Translations under genes and position numbers: made by a program
IMG/VR virus record: IMGVR_UViG_3300037329_000040
Direction: 5' to 3' (one strand)
From: an uncultured virus (IMG/VR IMGVR_UViG_3300037329_000040)
Taxonomy: Duplodnaviria > Heunggongvirae > Uroviricota > Caudoviricetes
DNA length: 37,043 bases
Notes under the pieces: generated by a model
What the model was told of the DNA's origin: nothing
The model's database searches: none
What the model saw: only the letters and a program-made list of their open reading frames with translations
Shown: positions 19,232-26,549 of the stretch, in pieces
Layout of the letters: each line of letters starts with the position of its first letter
Position numbering within the stretch: position 1 is the stretch's first letter

Positions 19232-19438
19232 TTGAAAGACAATGGCGACGTAGAATTTAGTGACATCTTTGATCCCAGACAACCTCGAAGTGACAAAGCT
19301 TTGATAGAAGAACGTTTGGCCATATGCAATGGTTGTCCATGGTTCAATAAGAGATTAGCTAAGTGTAAGAAGTGTGGTTGTTTTATGAAACTTAAGAGTA
19401 GTTTAAAGCAAGCTAGTTGTCCTATAGGTAAATGGTGA
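19232..19438 (+). CDS. Cys-rich Zn-binding protein (DUF6171-like)
   Basis: Paralog of 10756..11016. Confidence 0.75.
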   Translation: MKDNGDVEFSDIFDPRQPRSDKALIEERLAICNGCPWFNKRLAKCKKCGCFMKLKSSLKQASCPIGKW

Positions 19439-19662
19439 TTGATGCTTAAGCCATCAGAGATGACTTTGTACCTGAAAAAATAAAAAATTAGGTTGTGCTT
19501 GACTTATATATGCTTATAGTCTATAATATTTAGATAAGGTTTACTTATATTAGATTATAATCCATAATCACATTCACAAGGCTTTCCTTTTATTCCACAT
19601 CCTTGACATTTCATAGCTAATTATATCAGATCAAGGTTATGTACCTTGCATTATATGTCTAT

Positions 19663-19771
19663 GTTATGAGATTGTTATTCAATATACCCAATCGTTACCA
19701 AAACGTTATCATATACGTCATTTCGTTACCAAATTGTTATAATATATATCATTTCGTTATCAAATTGTTAT
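19663..19771. repeat. Four GTTAY-N6-GTTAT boxes with an exact 31-bp period (MtrA-like)
   Basis: Starts at 19663, 19694, 19725 and 19756. Confidence 0.85.
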
Positions 19772-20029
19772 AATACAAATATTGACAGATCTGAATATGT
19801 ATGATATAAGGCAAAATCTGAAAAAATCTATATTTAGCAAAATCTGAATTTTGACTAGTAGGGAACCATACGCACTCACAGCAGAATATTCCCAATTGTT
19901 AGTCCGCACACTCCTGGCGTCATAAAAACAATTGACCCGTACGCCCTATAAAGTAATGCACCCCTGCCAGGTTGTAGAAAACCTACAAAGGAATGGCTAA
20001 AACTTTGTAGGATAAATCTTTTTGTTTAT

Positions 20030-20070
20030 CGGCGTGTCGACTTGACTTTTTGAGGTTTAGGGTATAGTCT
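20030..20070 (+). promoter_or_regulatory. First early promoter: CGGCGTGTCG box plus TTGACT-N17-TAGTCT
   Basis: The same box abuts -35 elements at 20582, 20703, 21358, 21613, 21826 and 22422. Confidence 0.8.
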
Positions 20071-20106
20071 TTAGGTATAGATAAAGAAACATAGAAAGGA
20101 TAAAAA

Positions 20107-20241
20107 ATGTTTTTAGATTCAATTTCAACCTCCGTAGGTTTCTGCGAGATTTGCTCCAATGCAACACCACAGGTGTTCGTTGAGGATTTCGGACAGGAAT
20201 GTTGCGAAATCTGCTACATCGCTTACGGCGAATGTAACTAG
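20107..20241 (+). CDS. 44-aa Zn-finger-like early protein (MFLDSISTSVGFCEICSN...CCEICYIAYGECN)
   Basis: GAAAGGATAA RBS; paralog of 21698..21808. Confidence 0.75.
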   Translation: MFLDSISTSVGFCEICSNATPQVFVEDFGQECCEICYIAYGECN

Positions 20242-20295
20242 ATAAAGTCTTACCCTAGTGGTAAGCTTTTAGTATCTTAGAAAGGATAAAGTAAA

Positions 20296-20460
20296 ATGAA
20301 TAGATTCAAAGAATTGGATACGCTGTCACTATCAGACATCGAGGTGGAAATTGAAACAATGATTTCTATCGTAGGTGATACCCCTAGTGATAGTGAAATC
20401 AAATACATTAGCGGTCTAATGGTAATGGCTAACACCCTAGGTTCAACGAGAGGCTGGTAA
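20296..20460 (+). CDS. 54-aa hypothetical early protein
   Basis: GAAAGGATAA RBS; promoter variant at 20246. Confidence 0.7.
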   Translation: MNRFKELDTLSLSDIEVEIETMISIVGDTPSDSEIKYISGLMVMANTLGSTRGW

Positions 20461-20542
20461 CATAATGATAACGCTCACTTTTGATACTTGGGAGGACTAT
20501 GACAACGCTATTGCTGGAATTGCTAGTGTTGTAACCGAAATG

Positions 20543-20573
20543 AATACCCCAGAAAAATAGGGGTATTTTTTTT
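20543..20573 (+). terminator. Intrinsic terminator after the small ORF 20465..20560
   Basis: AATACCCC/GGGGTATT stem plus T-run. Confidence 0.7.
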
Positions 20574-20644
20574 CCATTCATCGGCGTGTCGACTTGACAA
20601 ATTTTCGATCGTGGGCGGGTCCTAGTGGTCTAATGCCCTTATGA

Positions 20645-20660
20645 CCACTATATGTAGTGG
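20645..20660. promoter_or_regulatory. NrdR-box-like palindrome CCACTATATGTAGTGG
   Basis: Resembles acaCwAtATaTwGtg; a second TAGTGG half-site lies 32 bp upstream. Confidence 0.45.
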
Positions 20661-20775
20661 CCTATAAACCCCTGGAGCGTTACCAAACTGTTACATAATA
20701 CACGGCGTGTCGGCTTGACTTTTCAGCTGTAAGGTGTAGACTCTAACTATACAAAGAAAGATAAAGGATAAAGAA

Positions 20776-20916
20776 ATGAAGAAGATTTTTGTTAGCAAAG
20801 AAAATGACTCAATGGTTAGCTTTAGTGCAAGAGCGGATAATGTTGATAACGCTATTGCTAAGCTTGAGGGGATGGGCTACACCATCCTAATGGTAACTGG
20901 TAATGAGTCCATCTAA
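20776..20916 (+). CDS. 46-aa hypothetical early protein
   Basis: AAAGGATAA RBS, own promoter. Confidence 0.7.
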   Translation: MKKIFVSKENDSMVSFSARADNVDNAIAKLEGMGYTILMVTGNESI

Positions 20917-20918
20917 AA

Positions 20919-20940
20919 TGTCAGACCCCTATGGTAAGGT
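20919..20940 (+). promoter_or_regulatory. Representative TGTC-N12-TANNNT (PafBC/RecA-NDp-like) promoter; 19 copies through 33019
   Basis: TGTCAG-ACCCCTATGG-TAAGGT; invariant spacing in all copies. Confidence 0.85.
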
Positions 20941-20946
20941 AGAACT

Positions 20947-21081
20947 ATGAAGAAATCAAGAATGAATAAAGAAGAAAAAATGTTTTACTCAACAGTCCTA
21001 GCGGGCATCAAGTCTGGCAATAAGCCAGTAGGTGCAGCTTGGCTTAGGTGGATAGACTTGCAGCTTAGCAAGACATTCTAA
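20947..21081 (+). CDS. 44-aa basic leaderless early protein
   Basis: ATG 6 nt after the -10 of the 20919 promoter. Confidence 0.65.
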   Translation: MKKSRMNKEEKMFYSTVLAGIKSGNKPVGAAWLRWIDLQLSKTF

Positions 21082-21133
21082 ACTGTCTGACCCTAGTACT
21101 AAGATAAACATACAACAAGAAAAGGATAAGCTA

Positions 21134-21268
21134 ATGATAGTAGAAATAGAATTGAATGACGGCACAACAATTACCCCTGTATACTCTCCAGAGCACTATG
21201 ACGATGTAGTCAACTGGTGTACTGATCAGTACATCAAGGGCGGTATAGTATCTTGGATGGTGCTCTAA
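21134..21268 (+). CDS. 44-aa hypothetical protein
   Basis: AAAGGATAA RBS; coupled to the small TM ORF 21268..21357. Confidence 0.65.
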   Translation: MIVEIELNDGTTITPVYSPEHYDDVVNWCTDQYIKGGIVSWMVL

Positions 21269-21425
21269 TGGATAACCTAACCATAGTGTCAATAGCTATA
21301 ACTCTAGTGTCTATTGTATTGTTAGTAATGTTTGCTACCTGGCCTATAAAAAAATAGTGGCGTGTCGTGTTGATAATGTCTCACCTATGCACTATGCTAT
21401 AGATATACAAACAAAGGATAAAGAA

Positions 21426-21575
21426 ATGACAAAGTCAAAAAGAATTAGCGTATACGCCATCTGCCTAGCAGGCACAGCTTACCTAGCCTACCTATTGCTT
21501 AGGGTTGCATCACTAGGCTACACTTGGAACTGGATTTGGAACGAAGACTTTGCAAGCCGTCTAGGTAGCCTATAA
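21426..21575 (+). CDS. Small membrane protein (start corrected to MTKSKR)
   Basis: AAAGGATAA RBS; hydrophobic helix. Confidence 0.7.
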   Translation: MTKSKRISVYAICLAGTAYLAYLLLRVASLGYTWNWIWNEDFASRLGSL

Positions 21576-21697
21576 CCGTTACCGTTTTGTTATAAAAAAC
21601 TTTCGCCAAACACGGCGTGTCGACTTGACTTTTGGGAGATATGGTATAGACTAATAGTATAAATAAAGATAAAGAAATAAAAGAAAGGAAGTAAAAA

Positions 21698-21808
21698 ATG
21701 ATTGATTTCAAATTTTGCGAAATATGTTCAAACACTGTTCCAACTGTAGAGGTTGAAGGTGAAACCGCTTGCGTAAATTGCTACGAAGCGTACGGCGAGA
21801 TAAACTAA
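21698..21808 (+). CDS. 36-aa Zn-finger-like protein (MIDFKFCEICSN...CVNCYEAYGEIN)
   Basis: AGAAAGGA RBS; paralog of 20107..20241. Confidence 0.75.
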   Translation: MIDFKFCEICSNTVPTVEVEGETACVNCYEAYGEIN

Positions 21809-21979
21809 ATAGTTTATTTCTCCTTCGGCGTGTCGCTTGACATTTGCCGAATTTTTTGCCGGGCACATTTTGATCAAGAAAAAGCATTTAAGAAGAAGGT
21901 TAAGAACACCTACAAACTCCCCTACAAAATGTCAGACCCCTGGTGTAGGATTATCTTATAATCGAAAGGATACCAACCA

Positions 21980-22024
21980 ATGGCTTGTAATTGTGAAGAT
22001 AGACCTTGTTGCGGCTGCAACTAA
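21980..22024 (+). CDS. 14-aa Cys-rich micropeptide MACNCEDRPCCGCN
   Basis: Own promoter (21930) and CGAAAGGATA RBS. Confidence 0.65.
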   Translation: MACNCEDRPCCGCN

Positions 22025-22074
22025 AATGTCAGACCCCTGTGCTAAGATAAACCTATAACCAGAAAAGGATAATA

Positions 22075-22206
22075 ATGAATTGTGGATTTTGTAAGTTTGC
22101 TAAGGCAACTGAGGCTGTATTGCTAATAGACGACACAGTGAACGCACTGTGCCCAAAGTGTGCCTTTAGCGTTGAAGAATTTACTGTGAATGTGGGGTGT
22201 TTGTGA
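22075..22206 (+). CDS. 43-aa CxxC/CxxC protein
   Basis: Promoter at 22027; AAAGGATAATA RBS. Confidence 0.65.
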   Translation: MNCGFCKFAKATEAVLLIDDTVNALCPKCAFSVEEFTVNVGCL

Positions 22207-22487
22207 GACACTACTTCAGTAACTTTCTAGATGATGACTGTATTCGCTGTGAGGAATGCGGAAGCAATTCCTATACCGCTCCAGTCGTGTGCCCTGGTAA
22301 AATGTAGCAGGTCGTATTCCAGAAATGGAATGCCGCCCGGGCGCTTTGTTGCCACAATAAAACGTTTAAGAACTAACCACTACGATCCTTGGATCTTTTT
22401 TGTAACAAAATGATAACGTTACGGCGTGTCGTTTGCATAATGTCTGCCACCTGTGATAGGTTATACATATAACGCAAAGGATGACTA

Positions 22488-22682
22488 ATGACAAAAATGT
22501 ATCGCAAGACCACCTGCAACGGCTGTGGATTTACTCAGACAGCTACCTTGTCTTACTACCTTGACGCCAAGGCGTGGAGGGCTAGCCACACCCTAGCCGT
22601 TCACAACGAGCTATGGGATAAGAAAAACGATTTGGCTAGGGGAGAGTTCTTAGACTTTCTTCTTGCTGGCAGAGTTGCCTAA
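22488..22682 (+). CDS. Hypothetical early protein (CxxC)
   Basis: ORF track; composite promoter at 22402-22462. Confidence 0.7.
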   Translation: MTKMYRKTTCNGCGFTQTATLSYYLDAKAWRASHTLAVHNELWDKKNDLARGEFLDFLLAGRVA

Positions 22683-22734
22683 AATGTCTGACCCCTATGC
22701 TAAGATAAACTTACAAACAGAAAAGGATAAATAA

Positions 22735-22917
22735 ATGCCATACAACGCCAAAGGTTATGACCTCGCAGAAACCAGCTTGAAATTGCTAAAAGAGGAGTTC
22801 GGTCTAGCTTCTTCTTACGCTAAAATGACTGGCTATCTTATTGCCAGCGTTTCAGAATCAGACGCTGAAAGAATACTTGAAATAGTAAAGCAGTCAATTT
22901 CAGAGAGGGCTGAGTAA
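22735..22917 (+). CDS. Hypothetical early protein
   Basis: Promoter at 22685; AAAGGATAA RBS. Confidence 0.7.
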   Translation: MPYNAKGYDLAETSLKLLKEEFGLASSYAKMTGYLIASVSESDAERILEIVKQSISERAE

Positions 22918-23079
22918 ATGTCTGACCCAAAAGAAATAGAGTTTGACGAATTCCTAGACGAGCTTTTTCCACCTTATCAAATTGGAGGTTTTAGATTCTA
23001 TGCCTCACAGGTGCTAAAGACTCTTGACCCAATAGCCTACAGGATTTCCTTTTCAGAATACGAGAGCGATAATGACTAA
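22918..23079 (+). CDS. 53-aa acidic phage protein (FDEFLDE...DPIAYR)
   Basis: Directly follows the previous stop; open frame. Confidence 0.65.
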   Translation: MSDPKEIEFDEFLDELFPPYQIGGFRFYASQVLKTLDPIAYRISFSEYESDND

Positions 23080-23364
23080 GCAGATGACTACAGAAGAACT
23101 CGAACAACTTATTTTCAAAATAGACTTGATGTTGTCAGATAATCCTGATAGACTATTCGTAACGAAAGAAGGTAGCTGATGATTTTTTACAATGGTTTCA
23201 ACTTGCTAGTAGACATAATCCTAGTATCTGCGGCAGTCCTTATCACTCTTGGCTATGCTAAGCGTAAGTATTTCTCAACTAAGCGAGAAAGTTTTATTCC
23301 TCCTTTTTAGGGGGTAATAAAGGGGTGAGATCCTGAAACGATCTAACCAAGCCACCCAACAAAG

Positions 23365-23412
23365 ATAGCACCTAGAGAGTTATTATCCTTTCGCTCTGGG
23401 TGCTATTTTTTT
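23365..23412 (+). ncRNA. Anti-RBS stem-loop A1 (also terminator-like)
   Basis: 13-bp stem, 16-nt loop AGTTATTATCCTTTCG, followed by a T-run. Confidence 0.7.
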
Positions 23413-23518
23413 GCCCCCGGCCCCTTTTTATTCCTGGCAGAAAGTTTTTAAGAAGTCAATTAAGAACACCTCCAAAACTCCCTAGAAAAATGTCTTACCC
23501 CTGATGTATAGTGTAACT

Positions 23519-23782
23519 ATGGAAGATGGAACTTACAGATACGAGAATGCAGCGTTCACACCTATCCAGGAAATTTTTGGGTATTGGGTTGCTAAAGAAG
23601 AAATAGCCCGTGACGAAATAGAAGATGGTATGACTATTGGTGTTTGGACTGATAAAGACGGCAGACTTTGGATAGATAGAAGTTATCATCTGTCTGACTT
23701 GGTGCCCGCAATCGCTCTAGCCCAAGTTTGGAATCAGAAAGCAATCTATGACATTGCCAAGAATGAAGCAATAAATGTCTGA
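23519..23782 (+). CDS. Hypothetical protein, leaderless (MEDGTY...)
   Basis: ATG 6 nt after TATAGT; G.W.D......D...A..L.....QKAIYD pattern. Confidence 0.7.
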   Translation: MEDGTYRYENAAFTPIQEIFGYWVAKEEIARDEIEDGMTIGVWTDKDGRLWIDRSYHLSDLVPAIALAQVWNQKAIYDIAKNEAINV

Positions 23783-23803
23783 CCCCTGTGCTATAGTTTC
23801 ACT

Positions 23804-23968
23804 ATGAGCAAATTAGGAAGATACAACGAGGCAAGGCGCAAGGTTGAAAGCCAAGCGTTATTTTACAACATACTAAAAAACCCCCACCTAGTAGCGCAGG
23901 TCGATAAGTATAAGGGTTCAAGGCAGTCTAACAACTATAATGCTATCAAAGAAAGTAGGAGTGAATAA
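23804..23968 (+). CDS. 54-aa basic leaderless protein
   Basis: ATG 6 nt after the -10 of the 23776 promoter. Confidence 0.6.
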   Translation: MSKLGRYNEARRKVESQALFYNILKNPHLVAQVDKYKGSRQSNNYNAIKESRSE

Positions 23969-24139
23969 TGGCTAAAACACTATTTTGGGGAAAGACTAGT
24001 TGCGACACTTGCGATCGTGTTATGCATGATGCCCAAGTCTATTACTTTGATTCCCGACACTTATGCCTAGTTTGCTATGCCAGCGAACAAAATGTCTTAG
24101 CCCTAGTGTAAGCTTATCTTATAACCGAAAGGATACAAA

Positions 24140-24334
24140 ATGGCAAAATACGATGTAGTAGTTCAACTAACAGGTCGTGATGGAAACGCTTTTGCGGTAA
24201 TGGGAGCGGTAAAGTCTGCACTAAAAAAGTCTGGAGCAACCGCTTCAGAAATTAGCGAGTATCTTTCTGCCAGTATGTCGGGAGACTACGACAACCTTTT
24301 GAGGGTTGCTATGGAATACGTGGAGGTAAAATAA
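24140..24334 (+). CDS. Conserved phage protein (DGNAFA.MG...SGDY..LL family)
   Basis: Recognisable motif; CGAAAGGATA RBS. Confidence 0.75.
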   Translation: MAKYDVVVQLTGRDGNAFAVMGAVKSALKKSGATASEISEYLSASMSGDYDNLLRVAMEYVEVK

Positions 24335-24603
24335 TGGGAATGATGACAGCGATAGAATTGCAAGAGCAAGGCATGAGCCTAGAGAATCAGATAGCTATTC
24401 ACTTTAGTAGTAATTGCTATCCCCCAATTCCGCATCAAATGATACCTACGGCAATAACAGCTATTGACGCTTATTGGGAAGATGAATTAGATAAACTAAT
24501 ACCGTTGCCGCAAGGTGTAAGCTTTAGGGGCAATACCGAGGTGTCTGCCAGGAACGTAATCAATTCATACTACTTAGGCGCATGGTGTTCGGAAGATAGT
24601 TGA
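24334..24603 (+). CDS. Hypothetical protein
   Basis: TAATG-coupled; H...N.YPP.P motif. Confidence 0.7.
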   Translation: MGMMTAIELQEQGMSLENQIAIHFSSNCYPPIPHQMIPTAITAIDAYWEDELDKLIPLPQGVSFRGNTEVSARNVINSYYLGAWCSEDS

Positions 24604-24654
24604 CAAACAGCTGAGAACATGCTAAGCTATAATCTATAACCCCTACAGAGAGAC

Positions 24655-25188
24655 TTGCCCCAAATGCTAGAAACTTACATTGAGAAATACTCCAAGCTTG
24701 TATCCCAAGCAACCCTAGGCCAAGTTGAGCAAGCAGCAATTTGGTACATGGACGCTGAGCGCATTGCTGAAAAAGTAGCAATAAACTTAGGGACCACCTT
24801 AGAGATAGGGGCCAGTGTTGTAAGTTCATTCTCACCTCGAGAGCGGTGGACCATGAACATCGCTAGGGCCATAGCATTCTCACTAGGGCAAGAGGTCCGC
24901 TGCCTAAAGAATAACATCCGTATGGCCGAGAAATCACTCACTGACGGGTTTGGTGCCCTAAAAGGCCTAAAGACTAATGCATTCGCCAAGGCTATTGCAG
25001 GTGACCAAGAGCAAGTTGTGATAGACGTCTGGATGATGAAAGCCGTTGACCACGCCAAGTCCTCACCTAGCCAAAGTGACTATTATGCACTTAGCCAAGC
25101 AGTAAAGGCAGTTGCCAAAATCCATGGCCTAACACCTAGAACAACCCAAGCAATTATCTGGATAGTAAAGAGAGGTTCACATGAATAA
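24655..25188 (+). CDS. Conserved phage protein, DUF7178-like (possible DNA glycosylase-like fold)
   Basis: WY...SP...W..N...G.K..AF..AI.GD...V.ID.W...P...QA..W motif series; TTGACA promoter at 24600. Confidence 0.55.
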   Translation: MPQMLETYIEKYSKLVSQATLGQVEQAAIWYMDAERIAEKVAINLGTTLEIGASVVSSFSPRERWTMNIARAIAFSLGQEVRCLKNNIRMAEKSLTDGFGALKGLKTNAFAKAIAGDQEQVVIDVWMMKAVDHAKSSPSQSDYYALSQAVKAVAKIHGLTPRTTQAIIWIVKRGSHE

Positions 25189-25336
25189 GGTAACTCCAAT
25201 TAGGACAGAGAGTCAACACCCAGCATTGCTAAGTATGCGCAATAAGATAATTAGCCTCGAGGAAAGCATCGTTGATATGCAACGTCAACTAGACTTCATG
25301 AGAATAGAAATTACTAAGCTTCAGTAGGGGTACTGA

Positions 25337-25364
25337 CGTCCTGGCCATGACGAAAAACTGGCTA
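25337..25364 (+). ncRNA. H-type pseudoknot in a 3' UTR, copy 1
   Basis: CGTC/GACG plus TGGCCA/TGGCTA; covaries with 26460..26488. Confidence 0.6.
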
Positions 25365-25636
25365 TTTTTTTCTGTCTGTGCCCGCCCCCTTTTGCCACAG
25401 AAATCAATTAAGAAGATCTACGAAAACCCCCTACAAACTTTGTAGGTTTTCTACTTGACTTTCATCAACAGATAGGGCATACTAGTATTAGTTGAAAAGG
25501 GAAAAGCAAGACAGAAGTTGTTACCAAAAAGTTATCAAATAGACTTGACAAACACCCTTTCATCTGCGATAATAGACCTATCAACAAATCGTTGGTAATA
25601 ATCAAGACAGTCCCTCTGGGGCGGTAAGGAAGCAAA

Positions 25637-25783
25637 ATGAACGAAGTAACTGTTGGCTCACAGTTCACCACAGCAAAGTCTGGCGTTACAGGCATTGTTC
25701 AGGAAGTAGTAAAGAACACTAATGGCACTTACAGAGTTCGACTTGATGTTTCTGGTCAAGAGCGTTGGACTACTGTAAAGTAG
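25637..25783 (+). CDS. 48-aa beta-rich (SH3-like) protein
   Basis: AAGGAAG RBS; two SigA promoters upstream (25455, 25545). Confidence 0.65.
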   Translation: MNEVTVGSQFTTAKSGVTGIVQEVVKNTNGTYRVRLDVSGQERWTTVK

Positions 25784-25794
25784 TATCATTAGAC

Positions 25795-25836
25795 TTGGGG
25801 AAGATAGAGTTATTATCCTTTCGCTATCTTCCCCAA
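25795..25836 (+). ncRNA. Anti-RBS stem-loop A2
   Basis: Perfect 13-bp stem unrelated to A1; identical 16-nt loop. Confidence 0.7.
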
Positions 25837-25989
25837 TAAAATAACTAAACATAGGGGTGGTGTAGGACTACATAAGAGCAGTAAGATAGAGTCCTTATAC
25901 GACTATTGCCACCACCCCATAAAATGTCCTACCCCTATTGTATAATTACTAAGTAAGCAAATAACCCCTAATGAAAGTAGAACCCTATA

Positions 25990-26436
25990 ATGGCTAGAAG
26001 CATTTCCGTAAAAATCCCAACAGCTCTCCTAATCGCAGAAATTGAAGCAAAGATTGCAAGCATTGACGCATCAGTTGAAAGCTATGAAGATGACTTGGCA
26101 AAGTATGAGGTGGACAAAGAGCAGTATCGCAAAGACCTAGCTGTTGCAATTAGCAAAGTTATGTTGAATAGCGATACCATTGGCTATGAGTATGACGCTC
26201 CAATTCGTGTTGTTACCTATGGAGATAGTCGTATTCAGATTGAGTTCAAGCCAAGTGCAGTAGCTGGAATACCTGAGATGCCACAACAGCCACAAGAGCC
26301 TAACAGGAAAATGTGGTATGGTCGTGAATACTACTCTCCAAAAGAAATGCTCCAGAAAAACCTCAAGGTATTGCGTATGACCACCCAAGAGGAAGTATCT
26401 GGCTCAACCTATGGGGCGTTGATAGAGTTCCTATAA
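25990..26436 (+). CDS. Hypothetical coiled-coil protein
   Basis: 148-aa ORF; promoter at 25925. Confidence 0.75.
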   Translation: MARSISVKIPTALLIAEIEAKIASIDASVESYEDDLAKYEVDKEQYRKDLAVAISKVMLNSDTIGYEYDAPIRVVTYGDSRIQIEFKPSAVAGIPEMPQQPQEPNRKMWYGREYYSPKEMLQKNLKVLRMTTQEEVSGSTYGALIEFL

Positions 26437-26459
26437 ACCTGCAAAGGTTTAGGGAAAAT

Positions 26460-26488
26460 GACCTGAGTATGTCTAGGTAAACTGCTCA
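26460..26488 (+). ncRNA. H-type pseudoknot in a 3' UTR, copy 2
   Basis: GAC/GTC plus TGAGTA/TGCTCA. Confidence 0.6.
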
Positions 26489-26549
26489 CCCTAAAGTGTC
26501 TGACCCCAATGCTAGTCTGTATGTATAACCAAGGAAGCAGGTATCCCAA

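Noticed and set aside
19663..19771. CRISPR mini-array
   Set aside because: A 31-bp total period leaves no room for unique spacers; the repeats are degenerate; no cas genes
25325..25364. Stop-codon readthrough stimulated by the pseudoknot
   Set aside because: An in-frame TGA follows two codons later, and the second copy lies at a different distance from its stop
26446..26500. Pistol or other known self-cleaving ribozyme (TTAGGG/CCCTAA pairing)
   Set aside because: The other conserved pistol elements are missing, and no hammerhead CTGANGA/GAAA core is arranged correctly
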